A DNA stretch of 54,081 nt from Piedraia hortae CBS 480.64 (taxonomy: Eukaryota). Shown piece after piece: positions 33,400-44,869 of the stretch. The position numbers were made by a program, and so were the translations under genes. The notes below the pieces were generated by a model. It made no database searches. It was not told the DNA's origin and saw only the letters and a program-made list of their open reading frames with translations. Where the stretch lies: NCBI GenBank assembly GCA_010093745.1, contig MU006012.1:1-54081 (forward strand), written 5' to 3'. Positions within the stretch are counted from its first letter, which is position 1. Each line of letters begins with the position of its first letter.

Positions 33400-36300
33400 C
33401 CCATGTCTAAAGTCGCCGGACATGATCCAATCACTCGGGTGTTTCGCCAGAGACGATGCTTGCTTCTTTCTTCTCAGACTCCGCGTGCCTGGGTTCTAAT
33501 CTTGAAATCTCCGCAATGGTTAGAAACGGTTTATGAAGAGCGTACATGAAGTCACACCTCTGAGAGTTCTGCTGTCTGGTGCAAGTGGTCGTTCATGCGT
33601 CGAAGTCATTTTCCAATTCGTCCAGTGATGACAGGTTTAGATCTGCTACGAGCTTACTTGTTCAATCATCTTTTCTCCGATTTTGGGGTTGGAAAGTTGG
33701 TACTGAGAGGCTCGCTAGTGGAATTGACGAGGGATTCCATGGCGAAATGCTACTGATCTTCTCAAAAGGAGACCGGGGACAATGGCACGTCATATGCCAA
33801 GTCGACATGGACTCCTGTATGTGTCATTGACGAAGGAAAAGGCCACAAAGGTATTTCCAACAGGTGAACGATATGTCAAGTCAGGATAGCGGTGGGAATG
33901 TTATGCGCAGTGTAGCTTGTACGTAACGGTTTCCATAGCAGACATTGGGATGAAGTTGTATCAGTAGGTATTGCTTTCTTAACCTCTAACATTAGACCTT
34001 GGGACGGGATGAAACTTTCGAAGAAGTTTCTGCTGCAAATTGCTCATTATTCTGCTGGATATCGAGCCATGTGCAATCGAATTTGTGATATAGCTGGTAC
34101 GAAAGGGTTTTCCTCGGTCTCCGCTGTATTCAGATGTCTTTATATTGTCAATGTCACCTTGAAGAACGATCGAGAGAGTCCACACTTTAGCTACAGGTGC
34201 AGCCATCCATATCACCAGAATTTCATATGTAGTCTCCGAACACATCAGGTGTGCGGAAGCCAAATCGGGGCTGAGCAAGCTCTACTTGTACTCGGACTTG
34301 CTTATCACCACTGCGACAGTAGCATCATCGGCGAACAATTTAAGTGGCTGCAAATTGTTACTTGAAGTTTGAGGTAATAGTGGTTAGGAATTAGCGAGAA
34401 CGGTAACGTGGCATGAGGCCGAAAAACCTCTCACGTCTGGAAGAAGCGGGGTCTCAACACGACGTGTCTGAACCATTGACAAGAGATTTTGGTTAAGGGA
34501 TTATTCTCGATGCTCTATTCCCTCACACAAGAACTCCTCGATACAACCGCAGCCATAGGCGTCCAGACCACCCGGTGTTACGTGATACTGGTCGGTCCGG
34601 CTGTTGACGGTACATTAAAGCCACTTACGACAACTGACGACAGTCGCCGGAACTTTTGGAGGGGTAACTGTAATTACGGATTCAAGGCGCCACACACTGG
34701 CAAACTTAGCGATGTAGGGATCGGACTAGGCTGGGCTAGGAAAAGTCACGACGTCCAATCTCAAAATTCACAAAACGGTCGAATGTAAAGTGTCTCAATA
34801 AGTGGTCCCTCTACCTGCGGAGGGCTGACGCGCCACGAGGACCCACTCCGGGCCAGACCGCATCCACAGATCCACAGGGCAAAACTCCTCTGCGAGATGG
34901 AAATCCTGCAACAGGCAGGATTGCGATCAAGAAGTCGGTGCCCAAGACATCGCAGGCTGCGACATTCTGGGCACCAACTGAGCTTTCACTATACATATTT
35001 GTCCAACTTCGGGCTCTTTGTGCGAAACAATGTGAATAATATTGCTGAGATAGATTTCGGCTGTGATGGCATCGCATTAATGGTGGTGAAAAATTGGTGG
35101 GTATATACGCGTAACTGACGGCAAGAATATAGCTTACATAATCAAGATCCAAATATCAGGCTTTGACGGCGAGTTCACAATGGCTTGTCGAGACATGCAG
35201 TACTTTAATTAGACGTCAGCTACACCTGGTTCTACGTTGAACAAGGCATTGCCAAATGCTCAGCAGCAGCGCTCGCCGTATTCAGCCATCGCCGTCGCAT
35301 CGCCGCCGAGTTCACAATTACGCTTATTGAGACAACATGTCGCGATCGTATACCATATGTACCAACACCGCTTCCTACCTCATAGCAAACGAATTACATT
35401 GGACTTCTGAACAAATGTTGTTTATGCTCTGTCGCTCTCAAGACCACTAACCAGGCAGGAGATGGCCATACCTCCAAGACTTCAGATTGGGTGGCTTGGG
35501 CAATGAACGCAAGATTCGGTGCCAATGTAAGCCTTGAAAAATGCAGATCGAAGTATGATTACAACAAGTTTATCTGGAAGTCACGGTGCAAGCACCTTAA
35601 TGGTCTCTCCAAGAGGGGCACCATCTATCTACCAACGAGTTTGACGTCGAGGGTGCATATCTTACACACTTTGTGATCTTTCACGATCAGAAGCCTGAGT
35701 TTGCGGAAGAGCTGCAAATACATAACTGGTCATGTCCATATATTCCAATCCAGGACTATTCTCAGGCGCCTTGTAGCATGCAGAACCCAGCATGGAGATT
35801 TTGCCGACTGTCATGGATGGCTGGCTCACGAAGAAAGGAGCTATGCTATGCGATGGCCGACTTGGAGCGATACTAGGCCAAGTTTTAATTGGTCACCCGA
35901 AAGGACCGGGTCTTCCTACAGACCACCTGTACTGCGGAAAAGAGCCAAATGGGCAAATATGGCCATCGACGATGAGGGGAGACACATATGCATTACCGAT
36001 TTGCTCACAAGGATTGAAGTGCGTCTGTCTATATGTTCGATGCAGCAATGCCACGGGGGAATAGTAAACCGTTCACCGTCGCGGCCTACGTGGAAACGGC
36101 AGTGAACAACGTCATTGAATATAAGCCAGTGGCAGGAAAAGACATTCCGCTGTGCTAAGTCGCGTACAGAGGGTGCAATGAGGAGAGTTTGGCCAGTATT
36201 CGAGACACATGGAGACAGAGTTGTTCGTGGCACATGGTATCACCAGAAATTTTCGAATGAGGAGTACTCCATGCTCTAAAATGAATTTGACCTTTCACAC

Positions 36301-37000
36301 TTTGGTGGAAGCCTTTCATCGTCAAAGTAGCCTACCAATTCTGGTAGCCATCAAAGCCCCAGTAAGTGGGGTCTCGTGACCTTCACGGTCAATCTGACTG
36401 CACTTAGCATATGCTAATATCTGTGAAGATTGATGACCGGCATTAAGGTCGTTCTTAAAATTTGTTCAGATTTAGGTCCCGACGTTCCGCAATGACCTCC
36501 CCATTCTTGCGGTGAGGGATTGTTACCGCCACTGAGCGTGCGTGACCCGAGCGCGAATATGATTGGCTGACGACGCCCAACATTGAAGACGCCCAAAAAT
36601 TTCACCATAGTCTGGAGCGGATGGCATACCTCGAGAAGATATGCAGGGCCCTAATGCAGCCTCGCGCAAGTTGACACATACATACCTATATGCGGATGCT
36701 GGCGCACTGTAACATCGGCCCTCTTCACAGTAACGGCATTTTTCCTCATATTGGCCAGAAACTATGTCGTCGAGCCAGTAGAATGCCAGGCATCATTATG
36801 GCAGATGGTGAGGTGGTAGAAAGGGACGGGGGCAGGTTTGGCCACGATGCCATCATACCCCGCAAGTGGCTCCACACTGCAGGGCTTTTCGTGCGCATGC
36901 CCAACAATATCGGTCACAGTGTCGAACTTTGCACACCCAATGTGCTGATCCCATTTCTCTTATCCACCAGTATGAACATCTGGTATAAAGTAGTATTTGG
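33400..37000 (-). mobile_element. Heavily decayed Ty3/gypsy pol relic (RT - RNase H - integrase order)
   Basis: Collinear weak motifs on the minus strand: AFYWLDDI (near 36763-36790), VKFLG (near 36600), RARSW..GAQNVAACDVL (RNase H end, near 34950-35020), LQPLKLFADD (near 34340), GDRGKPF (near 34110), HP/SQGLMLE (near 34000) and GDFKI..LWRNTRVI (near 33430-33515). Each is weak alone; the order supports the call. Confidence 0.6.
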
Positions 37001-37545
37001 GGCTATCTGACGTTGCGGTAGCTTTGCCATATCAGAGTATAGCGAATTCTTTAAATAGAAGTATGTGAAAACTTTTGATAGTCATCGCAGATTCACAAGT
37101 GCTTCCATATTCCATTTCCATTGTCGCACAAATCTGGTCGGGAACATCGGATGGTCACGCGATGCGGAAAACATCCCGCCCCTTGGCGCCCCTGACTAGG
37201 CTTTGGCTATATACAGATTTGATCAACATCGAACATCACTTTTCCTCAGCAGCTGACATACCAGGCAATACAAAAGCGTCGCGCGCGATCAAAAGTCGCA
37301 TGCCGGAGATTACCCATCGTGCGCGATATCGAGTGTTTTGACGCGCGTGAAGACCTTTGGTGGGGTGCACGTGCGACAGCTGTACGGGTATACCGCGGAG
37401 ATCCACCGCATCACTTGCCGACTACCTGGCGCGGTATCTGGAGAAAAGCGACTAAGGTGTACAATTCAGCCACGTGTGGGCCCCACTCATCGAAAAATTT
37501 GCACCTTCACTTCGATATCAACATCAACCTTCCACTTTAATCAAA

Positions 37546-40201
37546 ATGGATCAAAATTACCCCTCGGTGGCTCAATGGGGTAGCCTGGCAATGAGCTATC
37601 CATACAATACCCGAGTGAACGTAGTAGACCTCTCGACTTTACGCGTCCTGCCTAAACACCAGCTTCCGACATCGCTTGGGCAGCCGACATTTAGTTTGCA
37701 ATGCATCGAAGCTGCGCAAGCATCTCGTCTGGACCCATATGCCCTCCACCAAGGAGAGCAGAAACTCCTGGGTTCTGTCTTGACAACAAAAGACAATCTC
37801 ACTCTATATCTGAACGTCCGCAATGCCATCCTTCGGTTGTGGTTGCGAAAGCCCGAAACCGCGCTGACCTCGGATGAAGCGCGTGGTTGTCTACCAGAAG
37901 GGGCGGACGAAGGTTACGCCGATGCTGCGTTTAAATGGCTCGTGCGTGAGGGATATATTAATCACGGGTGTCTCGATGTTGGCCAAAGTTCACATTTCAC
38001 AGGCCCCCCAACCAAAACCGTTGTGGTTATTGGTGCCGGCATTGCGGGCCTCGCGGCGGCGAGACATCTCGATGGGCTCTTTGCTCAAGAAAGCCTCATA
38101 AACCCCCCGAGAGTAATCGTGCTAGAAGGAAGACATGTCATTGGTGGTAGGACTTGCTCCACCAAACTTCGCAACCAATCCGGTCCGACGGAATTCCCGA
38201 CTTTTCTTCCAAAGGCGGCGGACCTGGGCGCGATGATCATTCCGGGCTTCTGCGGCGGTAACCCCCTAGAACCCATAATACGGGGACAGCTGGGAATGTG
38301 CTATCGCCCCGTGTCAGAGCAAATGGAAGTGTACGATTACGACGGCACACGGATATTGCCCGCCAAGGAAAGACTGGTTACGGATCTGTACACGGACATA
38401 TCGCATCGCTTGGCCAAGTTCCGTGCTAAAAAACTCCAGACGTCGACGATGACGGGATTCAAAATGCGTGTCGATAACGCTCACGTCCCTCCGCGCCAAA
38501 GCGAGCGTGAGAAGGAAATGCTCATCCCGTTTGTGAATCATGAATGTCGCATGGGCGTAGTGAAGCCGGGAAGACGGGAGAATGCGCCATCTGGAAGAGG
38601 CAGACCCGTTCGTGAGGAACGCATGGTCAGAGAAGCTGACACCAGGGCCACTCCTGCTGTTAGAGCGGCACGCTCAATGGGTTGGAAGGCGAGGAAACAG
38701 GGTCAAGAAGGGGCAGACGACGAGACTATCGCTGTTCAAGATAAGGGTAATGTTGAAGAGACTCTAAACGACGCCCTCAAGCAATATCAGCGTCTGATTT
38801 TCCTTGGCACGGAAGAAATACGACTACTAAACTGGCATAATGCGAATCTGGAAGCCACTCACGGCGTTCCTCTTGCCGGTCTCAGCATGACTGCACACGA
38901 TCAGAATGCTGGTACTGAATTCGAGGGCCCCCATGCCATCATCGCTGGTGGTATTGGACAGCTTCCGCACGCCTTGTCCGTGTATCCCACTCAACTTAAC
39001 ATACGGTTCGGGAGTGTAGTGGAGGGTATAGAGTATGATGGAGAAGAAGGTCCAAAACAAGGTATCGCCAAAGTCAAGTGTGTGAATGGCGAGATATTTG
39101 AAGCCGATGCGGTCATCAATACCATTCCCCTGGGTGTCCTGAAACAGAACTCTGTCATTTTCAATCCGCCTTTACCCAAGTGGAAGCAGGATGCTATGGG
39201 GCGGCTAGGATGGGGTCTCTTGAACCAGGTTTGTCAAACTATATTCTTGTGAAACTCCAAACACTAACATGTCTTAGTTGATTCTCGTCTACGACAAGCC
39301 GTTCTGGAACGAGGAGCAAGAAGTATTTGGCCTGCTAAACGACAGTGAGCCATCGGAAAGCGATGATTCATCAGCATATGCCCGCTCACGCGGCCGCTTC
39401 TTCAAAATCCTCAACGTCACCAAAACAAGCGGCCGACCGACTTTAGTCGCTTTCATGGCCGGCTACGCCGCCTTTGAAGTCGAAGAAACGCCCATGTACA
39501 TCCTCCTAGCCGAACTGCACGAACGACTAGGACGAATCTTCCAAACAGAAAAACTCCCGGAGCCCAAAGAAGTAATTATGACCCGCTGGGGCAAAGACCG
39601 TTTCACCAAAGGTGCATTCACCTACACCACAACCGACACCTGGTCAGGGGACTACCAACTTATGGCCAAGCCCATCGGAAACATGTACTTTGCCGGTGAA
39701 GCGACCAACTCCGCCTACCCCGGCACCGTCCACGGTGCTTACTTATCCGGCCTCCGCGCCGCCAGCGAAGTCGCCGAGCGTTTGATCGGACCCATCAACA
39801 TTACCCGTGATTTCGCCATCCCGACCTCCCAAAAAAAGAAACCCGAAAAAGATATCACCAACCCCGAGCTCGAAGCAGCAGTCGAAGCCACTGTCATAGA
39901 ACGTCTCGGACCCAGACCTAAATGGAAGCGCTCATCCGAAATCAACCCCTTTTTGGCGTGGTACCACCAGCGCAAAGCAGAACTCTCAAGCGCGAATGCC
40001 AACGCGAACGTGCGCATGGAAACACTCGGTCCGGAATGGAAGGCCCTTAGCGATGAAGAACGCAGACCGTTCATGTCTGCTGCTAAGATTGCGCAGAAGA
40101 GAAATAAGGAGGCGAAAATTGCGTATGATGCCCAGCTGAGGAACTGGCAGCGTGGGAAACAGAAAATTAGGGAGGAGTTGTTGAGGGGGCAGGGTGTTTA
40201 G
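37546..40201 (+). CDS. LSD1/KDM1-like flavin amine oxidase (SWIRM, amine oxidase, HMG box), divergent, about 868 aa
   Basis: SWIRM YLNVRNAILRLW..WLVREGYINHG, FAD-binding VIGAGIAGLAAAR and VLEGR..GGR, TIPLGVLK, FAGEAT..YPGTVHGAYLSG, and a C-terminal HMG-like INPFLAW..WKALSDEERRPF. Intron 39229-39277. Confidence 0.9.
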
Positions 40202-40671
40202 ATTGTAGTGTATGGGGAGTTGTGTTCGATAGGTGTATTCATGATGGATTTAATGGACCGGTTGTTCTACGGGAGGCATACGTCGTTTTCGCTAATGAAA
40301 AAGGGGCGTGGGGTTGGTGCTTTAAACGGCCAGTGGTATCATCCCGTTCGGGTCAGAAAACCCCGTGTATCTCTACCGGTGAAATTGCTGTTCAAACCCA
40401 ATCAAACATAACCTTTCCCACCCATGAAGGACCTGACAGTTACCTTAGACGAACCCAAAAAACCCATTCTACATTTGGCAAACCCCATTGTCAACAAAAT
40501 CCTCACACAAACAATCTGTCCACACAAAAAATGCTACAACCGCCTTCCACTGGTCCTCAGACACAGTTCTGTAAAAATCACATAAACACATTTTCCTTAA
40601 AAAAACATACTTTTCCTCCCAAAGGGGTATCAATTCGCAAACACCTCAAAACACCCTCCCTCCTTTCATTT

Positions 40672-41670
40672 TCACCTCAAAAACGCCTCCCTCCCCAACT
40701 TCCCCCTCTCCCGTTCAAATAATCCCCATGCTTCCCTCAAATTCCAATTCGCTTTCTCCAGACAAACCCTCGCGTAACGGGGCAGTAATCCCGACCTCCT
40801 CACAAAAAACGCGAGAATCTCATGAGGGGGCATGGCAAGGAACTTCCCGTCCTGTCCGCGAAGCGGCAGACCGTTAAGCAGCTGCAATTTCGGACAGTAG
40901 GCAATCGCACGTTTATAGTACCCCGGGTCGCGCCACTCGAGGGGGTTTCCGGTTAGGATTAATTGTTCGAGGTTGGGGAAACTGCTTCGCCAGAGGAAGA
41001 GGGAGGACATGACTTGGAATTTGTTATTGGAGAGGTCGAGGTTGAGGAGGTTGGGGAGGGTTCGTGCGAGGGTTGTTACGGGGGAGAGGGTTTCAAGGCC
41101 ATTATTGGATAGGGAGACGCTGGTTATGGCTTCGTCGGGGCGGGATTCGAGGGCTTGTTGGAGGACTCGCATCATTGCGGGGAAGAATTCGTTTGCGCTT
41201 GATGGGGAAGAGAAGGCGCCGTGGGTTTGGAGGTCGGTGTCTTGTTTTAGGGAACTGAGGTCTAGGTACTTTGTTGTGACGTCGTAGCGGCGGTCAAGGA
41301 TTCGACGGAGGATGGCCTTTTTTTTTTCGGCGGGGGAGAGGGGTTGTTGTGTGGGTTGGGGTTGGAGAATGATTTTGCTGCCGGACCATTGGCGGTCGTT
41401 TAAGTTGAGAAAGGCTTTGGTTGCTTGTGGTTCAACCACTATACATATTTCGTTTGGTCCTGTTTTGCGGGTCTGGGTATGTTAATCAATTCATGATGTG
41501 GGAGGATAAGGACATACCTTTTTCACCCTCAAGTTGGCACCCGAATCCATACAGACTTCCCTTTCCATCCATCTGATCAAAGAAGGAATTGCTCCATCGG
41601 AAGTACCTTGCTGTTTACATAACGTCACTTTCAATTCTATCCAGTTACTCCCCGGGGGTGTGTTCTCCAT
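40672..41670 (-). CDS. Mex67/NXF1-like mRNA export factor homologue (RRM-like, LRR, TAP-C/UBA; no NTF2-like domain), 317 aa
   Basis: Exon 1 (41518-41670), intron 41473-41517 and exon 2 are in frame. LRR region RRYDVTTKYLDLSSL..SVSLSNNGL..LLNLDLSNNKF..LILTGNPL. C-terminal SGLLPRYARVCLEKANWNLREAWGLF..EAF is TAP-C-like. Confidence 0.85.
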
Positions 41671-42069
41671 AACGACCGAAGATATAGATGTGTGGTTGTG
41701 TTGCAAAAAGTGGAGTCACAACACCAGTCAACCCAGACTACTTTGGATTGAGTTTGGAAAGTGCACTGTGCTTAGTCAGCGCAGACAATGGCGGGTCAAT
41801 CACGCTTGCAGCGTGCGACTGATGTGTAGAGATTTATCCGTCTAGATAGGCAACGTGCACTCGAGTGCGGCTTGTTGCCTGCTTTGTCGTTGTACAGTGT
41901 CGAGGGATGCAAAGGTCAGGCAAAAGTTTTAGCTGAGGTTGACATCATCAGCCCCGCGGTGTAAACGTCAACGCCTTTCAGCGTGTCTGCGCACAGACCG
42001 CCGACGCCTTGTTTCCACAGTCTGGGAATGTGAAAATGCAATGCAGCTACAATCCTACAAAAGCTCTAA

Positions 42070-44058
42070 TCAGACAGCTCCCCCGGTGATACCCCCACCA
42101 ATGCCTACTCCTGTACTGCCGTAGACTTTGATGGGCAAGGTGATATCCACAGAGTCAGCTTTTAAAGCCTCCCGTCCCGTGTAAGCCCTGCCAAACTCAT
42201 TCTCCCCACACCTTTCCCATGTGTCTTCGTTGATCACGATAAAGGTAAACTTGATCCCGTACTTGACCTCGACCGCGCTTGTGCTCAGTGAAGGGGTCGC
42301 AGATAGCGGAACGGGCAAGGAAAACGCGACACGCTCAGAAAACAAGACGAGCTTGTGTGAATTGGCGAGAACTTTGCGAGAGAAACGAGAGATAGAAGCC
42401 TCACTCCTTCTGGCCAGAGAAGTGGCAAGAAGTACCTCTTCGGTGAAAAGGTCTATAGTGACAGAGTACGATGATGACGAATCAGAAAAGTTGACGACTC
42501 CGGTGATGACTTCTCCAACCTTCCAGTTTGTGCGGAGGAGGGAGATGGAACATATGCGGTTCCCGGATATGGCAATCTGAAACTTCTTCTCGAGCTGGAA
42601 TGCAGAGTGCAGGCAAATGTCGTTGATGAGTGCTGCCGTCGTCTTCTCTTCTGTGGCCTCTTCAGTCATGACGGGTGCGGCGTCTCCTTTGCTAAGTAAC
42701 CGTTCGGTATAGCGAAGGAAATCTTCCATATTTTGTCGGCTTTTCATGGGCTTGCGCTCACAAGGAGACGAGGAGATGGCAGCCTCATCCTTTAATATCA
42801 CCTTTGGTTTCATGAGATCCCATACCCGCGCTTGTCCTTGTCGAGTATAACCACCCAAGACGCGAAACGGAATCTCAAAGTTCTTCACCTCGTTGTTTCC
42901 ATCCTTTTGCACACCCACGGTGAGGTGGTAGCATATCTTCATCACCCTCCCATTGTGGCTTGCGGGTAAGCCGCCAGGGAGCTTGAATCTATATGAAAAC
43001 TGCCTCTTTTCGCCGGGTAAAAGTGTCAAGTCTACAAACAATAGAGACTGAGGCGTGGACAAAAGTGGTATTCTCTTGGAGTCGACATTTGCTTTGACCT
43101 GTTGTGCAAGAGACGAGGATTTGTCTTCTCCGCCGCCCAGAATGCTTGTGATGCTACCCCAAGCTGAGCCAAAGAACCCAGATGATGCTTGGCGTGATCG
43201 ACGGTCCGCCGCCGCAACGCCGCCTTCGCTTTGTAGCACTGAATACTTGATCTTCTCGAACTGGGCGTCATTGACAATACTGCTCTCGAGGGTAAAGTAT
43301 CCCGCTGTTTGGGCATAGGCTAGGATCAGGGTCTCAGGACTTCCAGCAACTACCGGAGACGATTCAGGGAGGAAGTGCTCATCAACGCTAAATTTACTGG
43401 CCGTAACGGTGCTGCGAAATTCATATTCACTACTAGTGCGTGGAGTTTCGCATTCTGATAATACACGGGATACGGGGTTGGGGTTCTGCTCTGGACGAAG
43501 GCCTCGTTGAAGCGGAAGAGGTTTGTGGCTGCCGAGTTTCTGGCGGGCTGGAAATTCGAATGACAGAGGTGATGGTTGGCGTTTAGTCTCATTAGTCGGC
43601 CTTCCGGGCACAACTTGGAGGCTTAGGCTTCGCGAGTGGCCGGGAGTAGACTTTGTGGGCGGAGGCTCTACCAGCTGATTTGCGACAACATCGCTGCCAA
43701 GTGACATGATGGAGAGAGAGCGGCCATGGCCTTTGTGGGCATTTAAGGGCGTGGATGGCTGTGGAGCTGTCCGTACGGAAGGCTTCCCGCCGGCAATGTC
43801 AAGCGACAGCGTGGGCCGGTGGTGAACTCGCTGTGTCCGCCAAGATACAGGCGGCGGACCGAGCCCCGGCGCAGCCGATGCGGGCCGGCTGGAGGCATCA
43901 GTTAGTGGCAGCGTTGACGGAGTCTTGACGCCCTCGACGCCCTCGTCTGGCCGCGACTCGGCGGCGTTGACAAAAGTGATGAGACATTCAATCTCCTCCC
44001 CGGAGTATACGGCGAGCGAGTCCCAACGCACGTCGACGCGGACATTGGACGGAGACAT
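42070..44058 (-). CDS. RGP1: Rgp1 family protein (Ric1-Rgp1 GEF subunit)
   Basis: N-terminal VYSGEEIECLITFVN and core IPLLSTPQSLLFVDLTLLPGEKRQFSYRFKLPGGLPASHNG..YHLTVGVQ. Confidence 0.88.
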   Translation of the reverse strand: MSPSNVRVDVRWDSLAVYSGEEIECLITFVNAAESRPDEGVEGVKTPSTLPLTDASSRPASAAPGLGPPPVSWRTQRVHHRPTLSLDIAGGKPSVRTAPQPSTPLNAHKGHGRSLSIMSLGSDVVANQLVEPPPTKSTPGHSRSLSLQVVPGRPTNETKRQPSPLSFEFPARQKLGSHKPLPLQRGLRPEQNPNPVSRVLSECETPRTSSEYEFRSTVTASKFSVDEHFLPESSPVVAGSPETLILAYAQTAGYFTLESSIVNDAQFEKIKYSVLQSEGGVAAADRRSRQASSGFFGSAWGSITSILGGGEDKSSSLAQQVKANVDSKRIPLLSTPQSLLFVDLTLLPGEKRQFSYRFKLPGGLPASHNGRVMKICYHLTVGVQKDGNNEVKNFEIPFRVLGGYTRQGQARVWDLMKPKVILKDEAAISSSPCERKPMKSRQNMEDFLRYTERLLSKGDAAPVMTEEATEEKTTAALINDICLHSAFQLEKKFQIAISGNRICSISLLRTNWKVGEVITGVVNFSDSSSSYSVTIDLFTEEVLLATSLARRSEASISRFSRKVLANSHKLVLFSERVAFSLPVPLSATPSLSTSAVEVKYGIKFTFIVINEDTWERCGENEFGRAYTGREALKADSVDITLPIKVYGSTGVGIGGGITGGAV

Positions 44059-44110
44059 CTGGGCCCGACCTTCCTGGTCACTTGCTGCATGTTTTTGGAT
44101 GACATCATAA

Positions 44111-44737
44111 CTACAATCTGCCCCTCCACTTCCGCGGCGGTTTCATTCCCTTTTGGGCCATGTCCCTCCACTTCCTCACGCCCCTCCTTTCCCATCGCTC
44201 TCGTCTATCTTCGGCCTCGTCTGCTGATGGCCTCCATTTTGATTTTACAATCCGTCTGACAGCTTCGTAAGAAATTTTGAAATGCTTTGCCAGAGTCTCA
44301 TAGGTAAACGTGTCTGGATCTGTGGCATGTAGGGCGCGGATTCCCTCGAGAGCGTCTGGCGATAGCCGTCTACGCGGCTCCCAGGCGACGCCCTTGCCCA
44401 GTTTGGCTTGCAGTTCTGCTTTGTGGATCTGCCATGGCTCTTTACGCGGCGTTTCTTTATGTTGTTTCTGCAGCGTCGTCTTCCCGGGCCTGGATTGGGT
44501 TGAAGCTTCTTTGGTTGCGGAAAACCCTTCCTTTGCCTTGTCATCTATTCGCTTCCGCTTTCCGATCGTTTGCCCTCCTCCCTGCCCGTCCATGGCATCA
44601 ATCTTCGCAAGAACCCTTGCTTGCGCATCTTCTGTGGAATCCATAACCCATCTCCGGCCACCCATACCTCTCGAGATATTTGTGCGCAACGTCAAACGTT
44701 CAACATTAGTAGCAGAAGCACAAAAGAGCGACTTCAT
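44111..44737 (-). CDS. RRG9: Neugrin/Rrg9 mitochondrial protein
   Basis: Motifs EPWQIHKAEL..WEPRRRLSPDALEGIRALH..LAKHFKISYEAVRRIVKSKWRP. The ATG at 44737 gives a presequence-like N-terminus. Confidence 0.85.
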   Translation of the reverse strand: MKSLFCASATNVERLTLRTNISRGMGGRRWVMDSTEDAQARVLAKIDAMDGQGGGQTIGKRKRIDDKAKEGFSATKEASTQSRPGKTTLQKQHKETPRKEPWQIHKAELQAKLGKGVAWEPRRRLSPDALEGIRALHATDPDTFTYETLAKHFKISYEAVRRIVKSKWRPSADEAEDRRERWERRGVRKWRDMAQKGMKPPRKWRGRL

Positions 44738-44869
44738 GATCAAGATGGTTCTAATCAAACCTCCGTCCGGCAGAAAATCTTTACGGGAAGAGCCGAGCCA
44801 ATGGAATATTCTCCGATCAAACTTGGCACATCAAACACATTCATACACAGTCAAGATTATAGTATGTGG

